This document shows positions 54,947 to 64,000 of a stretch of 64,000 bases of DNA, one piece after another. Made by a program: the position numbers and the translations under genes. Source of the DNA: an uncultured cyanobacterium (GTDB lineage Bacteria; Cyanobacteriota; Cyanobacteriia; Cyanobacteriales; CAWCAG01); the NCBI GenBank assembly GCA_963793425.1, contig CAWCAG010000009.1:192001-256000 (forward strand). Direction: 5' to 3'. How positions within the stretch are numbered: position 1 is the first letter of the stretch; every line of letters begins with the position of its first letter. The notes under the pieces were generated by a model that saw only the letters and a list, made by a program, of their open reading frames with translations, searched no databases and was not told where the DNA came from.

Positions 54947-57243
54947 TTATAATCCCGAAGCATCGGCATCAATAACATCTAAATTGCTTTGAAATCCATC
55001 TTCGGGTATCCATTGAACAGCGCCGTTGCGACTTGTCCAATATAACTGAGTTTGTTTTTTAGCTAACTCTTCGGTAATCTCCCTTTCCAAAGTACTAGCA
55101 GAGGCGATTCCCACTTTCGGTTTTAAAAAACTGAGCCAGGTTTTTTTTAAACTGCCCCCAGTCCAGATGATTACTTGAGGAGCAGATTCTGGAGTAAGTT
55201 GTTGTAAGTGTTGTTCAATTTCTCCAATCTGACTATTAAGCTTACTTTGTCCTAAAAGCAACCAGGTTTGATTGCGGATGTTTAGTTGCAAGGCGGGGGG
55301 ATCGGCGCTAATTAACTGCATTACCACTGAACCTATAGCAGTGGGTTGTTTGATGGTGAGGGGTTGAGAGGCGTTTGAGGGGAGAATTTGATTAGCAGTT
55401 TCAGTATAAAAAAAGTTCTCTACGGGAATCTGGGTAAATATTTCCTGCCAACCACTAGTTAAATCGGGTTGAAATTCCAAAGCAACTGCCCAATCTATTT
55501 TGTTGATACCTTCTTGTTGCAGAAAGGGTAGGACTGTAAATAAAGCCGTACTATCATTGCCACTATTAATCAGAGTGACTTTACCCTGATCCTGAATCAC
55601 TAAAACCTGTTCTTCATTTGCTGCTAAGACGGTAACTTGGAATAAGCCTGCTTGTTTTTGGACAATAGGGATAGCGATAATTAAAGCTGCAAATGAAGCA
55701 GCGAGCCACCAACGACGCTGAAGCCATTTGTTGTAAAAGACGAAGATGATTGCACCGTAAAGTAGTAAAACAGAAGCAAGAGAAATGCTACCTACCGCGC
55801 GGGTACTTCCTGGTAAGTTAGTGAAAAATTCGACTATGGCAATGAGGAAATGGAGCGGGTAATAAAGTAAGGAGGCGGCAGAGGTTCCGGCAGTGGGTAC
55901 TAAAGAAGCAATTAAAGCACTTACCATCCCCCCCAAACTAACTAAGGCTACTATTGGGGCAGTAATAATATTAACGGCAATACTATAAGTGGCAACCACG
56001 TTGAAATAATAAAGTTGCAAAGGCAGAACCCAAGGAAAAATTGCCAGGGGAACGGAGATAATTGAAGCGATGGTTAAGGGTAGCCAATCTAGCTTTTTAA
56101 TCAGGGGGGGGAGAGTGACAATTAAACCTAGGGTAGCGAGGAAACTTAACTGGAAACCAACATCAGCGATCCAAGTTGGTTGCCATAATAATAAAAATAT
56201 GGCTGCTAATAAGAGGGAACCTAATTGCCTCACTTTCCTTTGAGTTAATAGGGCAATCAAAGCACCAACCCCCATAATCAAAGCCCGCATGACAGAAGGC
56301 TGACATCCCGTTAAACCAACGTAAATAAATAAGGTAGTTAGGGCAATGATAAATTGCGATTCCACTTTTAAACCGCGAGTTAAGCCTAAAACCACACCTA
56401 AAATTAAAGAAACATGAAAGCCAGAAGCCGCTAAAACATGGGCTAAACCCGCTTTAATAAATAAGTCACTAATATCTTTGGGTAAATCAACTGCCCGCCG
56501 CCCCAAAACAATGGAACTAAGTAACAAACCTTCCGGACTTCCCAAAGAAGCCACTTGTACCTGATTAATACGTTGCCGTAATCGCCATAAACCCCAATCC
56601 TTCTCTTTACTGACTTCCGGGAAAATAACCTGCTTACCATTCAAACCAGCAAAAATCCCTTGACGGGCTAAGTAAGCTTGAAAATCAAATGCCCCCGGAT
56701 TTAAAGGGGGTTGAGGGGTATATAAACTCCCAGTTATATATAAAATTTGCTGAGGATGTATTCCCGTCCCTTGGAGTAAAGGGACTGTGACATACAACTT
56801 CCCTCCCACCCCTCGATTCACCGCCTTTTCACCTTCTTTGCCCTCAACTTCATTAACCCTTTGGGCCGCCAATAAAAACTGCGATCGCTGACTACGAGTA
56901 GTACGAGGAGAAGTTAAAACTCTACCTTGCACCGTAACTAACTGTTCTTTTTGAGGAACTAATTTGCTAACATCATTTCCCACTGGTTGAGGGATTCTCA
57001 GTTGCAAATAAATCACTGCGATCGCTGCAACTAACCCCGCAACTATCCAAATACCTTTTTTCGGCCAGTTTTCCACACTTTTGGTACAAGGGCCGTCATC
57101 ACAATACCCAGTACCATAAACCCAAAACCTACACCTCCGATAGTTAACCAAGAGCCGAAGTTAGGAGCAAAGTTAATGCCTGCACTGATGAGGAGTCCAG
57201 TTATGTAGGCAAGACAAATAATGGTAGTGCTTTTACGATTCAT
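54947..57243 (-). CDS. comEC: ComEC/Rec2 competence protein; apparent 1-bp frameshift near 57062
   Basis: NPGAFDFQAYL, GLAHVLAASGFHV, PSVMRA, GFQLSFLAT; the N-terminal TMs (MNRKSTTIICLAY...) are in another frame. Confidence 0.92.
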
Positions 57244-57370
57244 TTAATCAGTTTTTATCTGGATAGATGCCCTTTACTTGTAATGCCTAAGCCCTAATAA
57301 TTGCAACTAATTAATTGGTAAAATTTATACAGAACCAAATCGAATCTTTGTAACCTATACCGATTTGGTG

Positions 57371-57604
57371 TTAATTGGTTTTCTCTTTAGCAGCACAAGG
57401 ATTTTCCTTACCAGAACAAGGATTAGTTTTCTCTTTAGCAGCACAAGGATTCTCTTGACCAGAACAAGGGTTAGCCTTTTCTGTTGTTGCATCCTCTTCA
57501 GTGCTATTTTTGGTTTTCGCCCCACAGGGATTAGCACAGGCAGTTACCATACCAACACTTAATATAGAAGCAGCAGCAAGAGTAGCAAAATACTTGATTT
57601 TCAT
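57371..57604 (-). CDS. Small predicted lipoprotein with five Asn-Pro-Cys motifs
   Basis: MKIKYF...VTA-C lipobox; 48-bp tandem duplication encoding NPCSG(Q/K)ENPCAAKEKT. Confidence 0.8.
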   Translation of the reverse strand: MKIKYFATLAAASILSVGMVTACANPCGAKTKNSTEEDATTEKANPCSGQENPCAAKEKTNPCSGKENPCAAKEKTN

Positions 57605-57669
57605 AACAATTTTTCTCTTCAGACATATGACAATTTGTCTTTAATTAAAGCTATCCAGCTTAATTTTTC

Positions 57670-57763
57670 CTGAGAACAAACTGGGGAAAGGCTGAGAATT
57701 TTTCAATTACTTTTTTGAACAGTCATTACAAAAATATCAATTATTTTCTCAGCTAAAATTCAG
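57670..57763. promoter_or_regulatory. Putative OmpR-family response-regulator boxes in a divergent promoter
   Basis: CTGAGAA/CTGGGGA/CTGAGAA at 57670, 57681, 57692 (11-bp period); inverted TTCTCAG/AATTCAG at 57746, 57757. Confidence 0.55.
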
Positions 57764-57881
57764 AAACCAATTAGCGGAGAATAATCTTTATTTTCTATTT
57801 TCCGTTAAATTGAAAAGAATCATTAGCTAATTAATAATTGATAATTTAAGTCATGGGACTCAACAAAATTTGGTATGAACA

Positions 57882-58499
57882 ATGACTGATTACTACCGAG
57901 ATTGGCTAGTAAATAATCAAGGGAATTGTCTGGCTTATGAAGCACTAGAGGATCATCAAGAGACTAATAAACCCTATCGTCTCTATCGTTTTTTAACAGA
58001 TTTAGAAAATATCCTTGAAGAAATTCCCGCAAATAGTCAAAGACTCAAAGCAATTACACCTTTAGTTCGTCGTTTACTAAGTAATTCTTATTGGTTACAA
58101 GGAGAATATCTAGAGCCAGATCCTGAGCAAGGTTGGTCTGTATTAATGCTTTACGATGAACCTAATTTTCCTTTAACAATTCAAACTGTAGTTTGGCTCC
58201 CCGGAAGAGTTTCTCCTCTTCATAATCATGGCACTTGGGGGTTAGTCGCTTTAATTAAGGGTCAGGAAAAGAATACTTTTTGGCAGCGAAATGGAGAAGC
58301 AGAATTTCCTGATCAATTGTCTCAAGTTGGAGAGCAGGTTTTAGCTCCGGGAGATATCATTAGTTTTTTACCAGATGCAATTCATGGGGTAGAAGCTTTA
58401 GGTGAAGAGCCGACAGTTACTTTCAATATTTATGGGGAAACAGATTATGAAAATCGCTTTGAGTTTGATATTAAAAGCAATACAGCAACTAAATTTTAA
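57882..58499 (+). CDS. Cysteine-dioxygenase-like cupin
   Basis: SPLHNHGTWGLV...E and DAIHGV give a three-His cupin centre; FNIYG. Confidence 0.8.
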   Translation: MTDYYRDWLVNNQGNCLAYEALEDHQETNKPYRLYRFLTDLENILEEIPANSQRLKAITPLVRRLLSNSYWLQGEYLEPDPEQGWSVLMLYDEPNFPLTIQTVVWLPGRVSPLHNHGTWGLVALIKGQEKNTFWQRNGEAEFPDQLSQVGEQVLAPGDIISFLPDAIHGVEALGEEPTVTFNIYGETDYENRFEFDIKSNTATKF

Positions 58500-58510
58500 T
58501 CAATAACAAA

Positions 58511-59944
58511 ATGACCTTTTTTAGCAGTCTACGCTCAATTATCAATCAAATTAAATATCAAGGTGATCCTCGCTCTTTGAGATTACGATTAACAGTCGGA
58601 ATGGTAGCCTTTTCTGCTTTAGGAATTGGGGGAGTTGCTCTGTGGACTAGCTGGAAAATACAAGATATTTTAGTTACTACCCATAAGAAAAATCTAGTTT
58701 ATGTTGCTGAACGCTTCCCAGAGGATGTCGAAGCTTATAGCGAAATGCTCACTAGGAAAACTGCTCTTAGGAAAGCTATTGATAATATTGATAGCAAGAA
58801 TGTCTTAATTTGGGTTGAGCAGAATGGTAAAATTATTGCTAGGTCGCAGGCTCTCCAAACAACGGCCAAAAAAGATGCTTTAGTTTCGCGCTCCCCTATT
58901 GCTGCTATTCCTAAAGTTTATGAAGTTCAAGGAAGTTATTGGGTAATTTGTAGTACTCCTTTGCAGGTAAAAAATGCTCAAGTTGGAGAATTTTATCTGG
59001 CTCAAGATATTACCGAAGACCAAATTATGTTTTGGAATATGATTTCTAGTTTGTGTCTTGCTAGCTTCCTTGCCCTGACTATTATCACCTTAGCAATAGC
59101 GTTCTATATTCAACGTTCCCTTCAACCCTTAAAGAGAATGAGCCAGCTAACAGAAACAGTTTCGGCTGACCATTTAGGAGAAGTACAATTACATCTAGAA
59201 AATGCCCCTAGTGAAGTTAGGGAATTAGCCCAAACCTTTGAACAAATGTTAATACGACTTGATCGGGCTTGGGAACAACAAAGGCAATTTGTCAGCAATG
59301 TTTCCCATGAATTGCGTACTCCTTTAACCATCGTTTCTGGTTATTTACAAAGTACTTTACGTCGGGGAGATAATCTCCGGGAACTTCAAAGGGAAGCTTT
59401 AGAAATTGCCTCTTCTGAAGCAGATCGTACCATTCAACTTTTACAAGACTTACTAGATTTAGCTAGGGCTGATAGTGGTTACTTATCCTTCAAGCTAGAA
59501 CCATTAACAGTCAATAATTTAGTGGCAGAAATTGTTGCTATGGCCAAACAATATAGTAACCGAGAAATTGAGATCAAGCCTCTCAGTGAAAATATTGAGG
59601 TAAAAGCAGATAGAGATAGACTCAAACAAGTACTCCTTAACCTCATTGATAACGCGGTTAAATATTCCGACAACTCCCAGCCTGTAAAGGTTGTCTTAGA
59701 AAGACTCAAAGATCAAGCTACTATCCAAATCTGCGATCGCGGCCCAGGTATATCTCTCCAACATCAAGTGCGTATTTTTGAGCGTTTTTATCGCATTGAT
59801 GAAGCCCGTTGCCGCTCTACTGGCGGTACTGGCTTAGGCTTATCCATCGTTAAGACGTTGGTTGAGGGGATGGGGGGTTCTGTTTCTGTCCGCTCGAATC
59901 CTGGTCAAGGAAGCACATTTACTGTAACTTTACTTTTAGTTTAA
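58511..59944 (+). CDS. Membrane sensor histidine kinase (2 TM, HAMP, HisKA, HATPase)
   Basis: SHELRTPL, NLIDNAVKY, DRGPGI, GTGLGL. Confidence 0.93.
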   Translation: MTFFSSLRSIINQIKYQGDPRSLRLRLTVGMVAFSALGIGGVALWTSWKIQDILVTTHKKNLVYVAERFPEDVEAYSEMLTRKTALRKAIDNIDSKNVLIWVEQNGKIIARSQALQTTAKKDALVSRSPIAAIPKVYEVQGSYWVICSTPLQVKNAQVGEFYLAQDITEDQIMFWNMISSLCLASFLALTIITLAIAFYIQRSLQPLKRMSQLTETVSADHLGEVQLHLENAPSEVRELAQTFEQMLIRLDRAWEQQRQFVSNVSHELRTPLTIVSGYLQSTLRRGDNLRELQREALEIASSEADRTIQLLQDLLDLARADSGYLSFKLEPLTVNNLVAEIVAMAKQYSNREIEIKPLSENIEVKADRDRLKQVLLNLIDNAVKYSDNSQPVKVVLERLKDQATIQICDRGPGISLQHQVRIFERFYRIDEARCRSTGGTGLGLSIVKTLVEGMGGSVSVRSNPGQGSTFTVTLLLV

Positions 59945-60361
59945 TTCTCGTATTTACCCACAAAGTTATTATCGGATACATAAGTATATTTTGTGATGAT
60001 ATAAGATAAATTACGTCAAACTAATCAACAAACTTTTTATGACCGTTATCTTACTAAATTAGAGGCTTTCAAGGCTTTAATGATTAGTTTTAACACCCCT
60101 GATTACGCAAGATAATGTTATTAAAATTACATTTATTTACAAAATCAAGGTACACATACCGATAGTAATGTTATGGTGTATTTTGTGTTCAATTTCCTAT
60201 TCAATTTGGCTTGGTAGTTTTTTCTTTTGGTCAAAGAAGAAATTCAGCTTTTCTTTGGTCTATCCGGGGTGTAGAGAATAAGTTTTAGCTAGCCTTCAAA
60301 TTATTTGCTCGTTAGCTAATCAGTAACTTTTTTGGCTTTGAACTCTACAGCTTTGAGGTTT

Positions 60362-62434
60362 ATGTTAATGAGCTTTATTTTAAACCAACTCTTAAAGACG
60401 TGCAAAATTGATTACGCTCTAGTAAGCAAAGATTTAATAATTCAGAAAACTTCTCCTCAAGCACGGCGTTTTGCAGATCATGGTACTCATATGAAGCCAG
60501 GAGAGAATTTATCTTTAGCTATTCCTGAACTATTTGGTTTAGAAGGAATATTTGAAGATATTTTACTAGGTAAACGTGACTGTTTCGAGTTAAAAAGTAT
60601 TGCTCGGCATCAAGATGATTCCCCTAGTTTATATTTTGATTTATCTATAGTAACAGGAGTTGAAGACTGCAACTCTGAACAGCAAATTCTGATTTTTTTT
60701 GTCGAAGCTACAGAAAAAATTGCCATGCAGCAAGCCTTAGTACAAAGAACTAATGAAGCTTACTTACTTTTAAGTCAGTTAACTTCAGCGAAAGATTATA
60801 TTGATAAAGTAGTTGATCATATTGCAGATTCTCTATTAATTACTAATTCTCAAGGATATATTAAGAAAGTTAATCGAGCCGCTCAAATAATGTTTGGCTA
60901 TAGCGAGGAAGAATTACAACAGAAACATCTTACCTATCTTTTTAAAGATCAAGCTATAGAAGAACAAATTCAACAATATGCAGAGACAGAACAAACTTTC
61001 CTAGAAGTTAATTGTCAAAACAAGCAAGAGGAAAATTTTAATATTGCTTTTTCTCGTGCTTCTTTTTTAAGTGAAACAGAAGAAGAAGCTTTTATTTATA
61101 TTGGTCGAGATATCACTGCTAAAAAACATAGAGAAAAGGCCATCGCTCAACTTAATACAGAACTATCTCAAAAAGTTGAAACTAAAACCGCCCAGATGCA
61201 AAAAACCATGACTAAATTAGAGATTGAAGTGGCTGAACGCCAGCGTACAGAAGCTCGTTTGAGTAGTTTGCTAAACTCTCTTCAAGATGTAGTTTGGTCT
61301 ATGTCTGCCCCCAATTTTCAGCTTCTCTATCTTAACCCCGCCGCTGAGAAGCTGTATGGTTACTCTGTAAAGGATTTTTACGCTGATCCCCAGTTATGGT
61401 TAGATGTGATTCATCCTGAAGATCGCGAGAAATTAACTCATTTTTTACCAACTATTTTGACAGAAAGCCAGGGAGAAATTGAGTATCGTATTGTTCATGC
61501 CACTGGCAAAGTTTGTTGGCTTCGTAATCGAGGTTGGTTGATTATTGATAAGTTTAATCGAGAAATGCGTATTGACGGCATTATTACTAATATTACTGAG
61601 CGCAAACATTCAGATGCTTTAAATAGAGCCAAGCTAGTTCAAAGTGAAAAGATGTCTAGCTTAGGTATGATGGTGGCAGGCTTTGCCCACGAAATTAATA
61701 ATCCTTTGAGTTTTGTCTATAGTAATCTTGATTATGTGAAAAGCTATACAGAAGACCTTTTAGAATTAATTACTACCTATCAAGAATTAAATACAGCAGA
61801 TGAGACGATCATTAATCAAAAAAAATCAGAGCTAGAATTTGACTTTATTAAAGAAGACTTACCAAGAATTTTCCAATCTATGGCATCAGGGGCTAGTCGC
61901 ATTCGCAATTTAGTTTTGAGTTTGCGTAACTTTTCCCGCTTAGATGAATCAGCCATGAAATCTGTAGATATTCATGAAGGTATTGATAGTACTTTAACCC
62001 TACTACAACCACATTTGAGAGGGAAAGGAAACCATCGGGGCATTCAAATTAGCAAAGATTATGGTAATTTACCAAAGATTCTTTGCTATCCTAGCAGCCT
62101 TAACCAAGTATTTATCAACATTATCACCAATGCTATTGAAGCCTTTAAATTAATTGAGCGGCAAAACCATAATCCTGAAATTAAGATTTCTACTAGCCTG
62201 AGCAAATCCCGTTCTGCTTGTATTAAAATTGCGGATAATGGTCCTGGCATGACTCAAGATGTCTTAGATAAAATCTTTGATCCCTTCTTTACTACCAAAC
62301 CAATAGGCTCTGGAACAGGACTAGGTTTATTAATTAGCTACTCAATTATTGTAGAATCTCATAAAGGTTGTATTTACTGTAATTCTGCTCCTGGAAAAGG
62401 TTCAGAATTCGTGATTAAATTACCTTTAAGCTAG
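60362..62434 (+). CDS. Soluble PAS-domain histidine kinase; start uncertain
   Basis: Two PAS/PAC; QSEKMSSLG...AHEINNPL, FDPFFTTKPIGSGTGLGL. Confidence 0.9.
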   Translation: MLMSFILNQLLKTCKIDYALVSKDLIIQKTSPQARRFADHGTHMKPGENLSLAIPELFGLEGIFEDILLGKRDCFELKSIARHQDDSPSLYFDLSIVTGVEDCNSEQQILIFFVEATEKIAMQQALVQRTNEAYLLLSQLTSAKDYIDKVVDHIADSLLITNSQGYIKKVNRAAQIMFGYSEEELQQKHLTYLFKDQAIEEQIQQYAETEQTFLEVNCQNKQEENFNIAFSRASFLSETEEEAFIYIGRDITAKKHREKAIAQLNTELSQKVETKTAQMQKTMTKLEIEVAERQRTEARLSSLLNSLQDVVWSMSAPNFQLLYLNPAAEKLYGYSVKDFYADPQLWLDVIHPEDREKLTHFLPTILTESQGEIEYRIVHATGKVCWLRNRGWLIIDKFNREMRIDGIITNITERKHSDALNRAKLVQSEKMSSLGMMVAGFAHEINNPLSFVYSNLDYVKSYTEDLLELITTYQELNTADETIINQKKSELEFDFIKEDLPRIFQSMASGASRIRNLVLSLRNFSRLDESAMKSVDIHEGIDSTLTLLQPHLRGKGNHRGIQISKDYGNLPKILCYPSSLNQVFINIITNAIEAFKLIERQNHNPEIKISTSLSKSRSACIKIADNGPGMTQDVLDKIFDPFFTTKPIGSGTGLGLLISYSIIVESHKGCIYCNSAPGKGSEFVIKLPLS

Positions 62435-62470
62435 ATAAATTGTTTGTGGGTTATGCTCAAATAATTGTTG

Positions 62471-63154
62471 ATGAAAATCCTTTTAGTTGATGATGAGGCG
62501 GAATTAACTAAACCATTAACCCAGGTATTGTCCCAGGAAGGCTATCAAATAGATGTGGCTGATAATGGGGAGGTGGGAATTAGTTTGGTACAAAAAAATG
62601 ATTACGATCTACTGATCTTAGACTGGATGTTACCCCAATATTCTGGATTAGAGATTTGCCAAAAACTGCGCTCCCAAGGGAATACTACACCTGTGCTTTT
62701 TCTCACCGCCAAAGATACCATAGATGACCGGGTAATCGGTTTGGATGCTGGAGCTGATGATTATTTAGTTAAACCTTTTGAACTACGAGAACTATTAGCT
62801 AGAGTTCGGGCATTGCTGAGACGTTCTCCTGGCTTAGATTCCTCTTCTACAATGCCCCGTCTCCAAGTCGCTGATTTAGAATTAGAACGAGAGAATCAAT
62901 TAGCTTATCGACAAGGAAGGGTGATTGAACTTTCGCAAAAAGAAGTGAAGTTACTGGAGTATTTTATGGGTCATCCTGGCCAGTTGCTGACTCATAAACA
63001 TATCTATCACTATCTTTGGTCAGAAACAGAACAACCCAACAGTAATGTTTTGGCTGCCTTAGTACGTCTTTTACGCCGCAAAGTTGAAGCTAAAGGAGAA
63101 CAACCTTTAATTCATACTGTGTATGGTAAAGGCTATCGTTTTGGAGATTGTTAA
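62471..63154 (+). CDS. OmpR-family response regulator (RppA-like)
   Basis: ILLVDD, LDWMLP, DYLVKPF, IHTVYGKGYRF. Confidence 0.93.
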   Translation: MKILLVDDEAELTKPLTQVLSQEGYQIDVADNGEVGISLVQKNDYDLLILDWMLPQYSGLEICQKLRSQGNTTPVLFLTAKDTIDDRVIGLDAGADDYLVKPFELRELLARVRALLRRSPGLDSSSTMPRLQVADLELERENQLAYRQGRVIELSQKEVKLLEYFMGHPGQLLTHKHIYHYLWSETEQPNSNVLAALVRLLRRKVEAKGEQPLIHTVYGKGYRFGDC

Positions 63155-63157
63155 TCT

Positions 63158-63271
63158 CTAGTTACGAACTTTCCTGTCCTTGTTGAGTTTGGATTGTTTG
63201 TCGCTGAACAAGGTTTCGAGGGTTACAGCAAAGTAGGTTACATAACCCATTAAAAATAAAAGTCCTAGCAT
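63158..63271 (-). CDS. Putative 37-aa small membrane protein; not in the ORF track
   Basis: GGAGG SD 8 nt upstream of the ATG; MLGLLFLMGYVTYFAVTLETLFSDKQSKLNKDRKVRN. Confidence 0.45.
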   Translation of the reverse strand: MLGLLFLMGYVTYFAVTLETLFSDKQSKLNKDRKVRN

Positions 63272-63446
63272 AAGTCTTACCTCCGCTTTTGATTTTTAGT
63301 TCCATTCGTGGATACATCCGAATAGTTTTCTTTTCCGGATATTTTCTCTAGCAAAGGTGCTAGTAATTGGATTAACATCCAAATCCTATCTTAAGGCCCT
63401 AATCAAGATTTTGGTTTTTATAACCAGGAAATTAAATAATTTCTTT

Positions 63447-64000
63447 CTATTGGTCATGATTGAGGGGCAATAACACCCGAAAAACTGTCCCCTTGTCTAA
63501 TTCACTCTCTACTTTAATTTCTCCTCCTTGTAACTCTAAGGCATTCTGCACAATAGCTAGTCCTAAGCCAGTGCCTTGAATATTCCCCACATTACTGCCA
63601 CGATAGAAAGAATCGAAGAGGTTATTTAGTTCTTTTTGAGGAATGCCTATACCCCGATCTTTAATTGTAAAAATTGCTTGTTCCTTTTGTACAGAAAGAC
63701 GTAAATCAATGGTTTCTCCTTCCGGGGAGTATTTGAGAGCATTAGAAAGTAAGTTGGTCAGAATTTGCCCCAATAAATTCTCATCTACAACTGCCCGGAT
63801 CTGTTCTTGAGGAGAAGTAAAATGAATAGTTTGATTATTAGTAATACGAACCTTAAGCTGTTCTAGAGTCTCTCGGCAAAAAGCAACTAAATCCAAAGGA
63901 ACAGGATTAAACTCTAACTTACCTGCTTCAGCTTGACCTACTAACAACATATCATTAAGTAAGGTAATCATTTGGGAAATAGAGGCTTGGATACGTTGGA
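63447..64000 (-). CDS. Histidine kinase, C-terminal part; cut by the window edge
   Basis: NLLSNALKYS, DRGIGI, GTGLGL; frame stays open to 64000. Confidence 0.9.
   Translation of the reverse strand, partial: QRIQASISQMITLLNDMLLVGQAEAGKLEFNPVPLDLVAFCRETLEQLKVRITNNQTIHFTSPQEQIRAVVDENLLGQILTNLLSNALKYSPEGETIDLRLSVQKEQAIFTIKDRGIGIPQKELNNLFDSFYRGSNVGNIQGTGLGLAIVQNALELQGGEIKVESELDKGTVFRVLLPLNHDQ

Noticed and set aside
256..59709. Many short (60-110 aa) ORFs overlapping long genes
   Set aside because: Shadow or alternative-frame ORFs of well-supported genes, with no motifs.
60126..60143. Third HLR1-like motif (ATTACATT-TA-TTTACAAA)
   Set aside because: One mismatch in very AT-rich DNA, far from a start codon; could be chance.

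Overview
A low-GC cyanobacterial chromosomal segment, identified by more than 30 HIP1 GCGATCGC octamers counted by eye, heptamer STRR arrays, sir, an hli gene and ggpS. ggpS suggests a salt-tolerant or marine strain. The left ~9.7 kb is a minus-strand contractile injection system (CIS) baseplate module: gp25, baseplate J, tail-I/wedge, a fibre-like/DUF4159 protein, an output-less Cache-HAMP membrane sensor and an Ig-like/TM/WD40 protein. No sheath, tube or spike genes are in this window. The rest is mostly core genes (phrA, ggpS, mfd, codA, moaA, gcvP, sir, SLH porin, aroE, sigA, hpsE-like GT cluster, clpB, pilD, leuB, tRNA-Ser(CGA), comEC) and signalling genes. Deletion-scarred relics are interspersed: an R-M pair, acylphosphatase/GNAT, ISL3, an IS605/TnpB right end with omegaRNA, and an Amt-cyclase fusion. 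Other notable items are a proteobacterial-GgpPS-like HAD phosphatase upstream of ggpS, a 21-bp repeat array, an orphan HLR1-plus-terminator unit, and an NPC-repeat lipopeptide/cupin/histidine kinase module with 11-bp-period boxes. Five single-base frameshifts in otherwise intact genes are probably assembly errors; three of them lie at or beside GGCC. All family assignments are from motif recognition by eye, not database searches.
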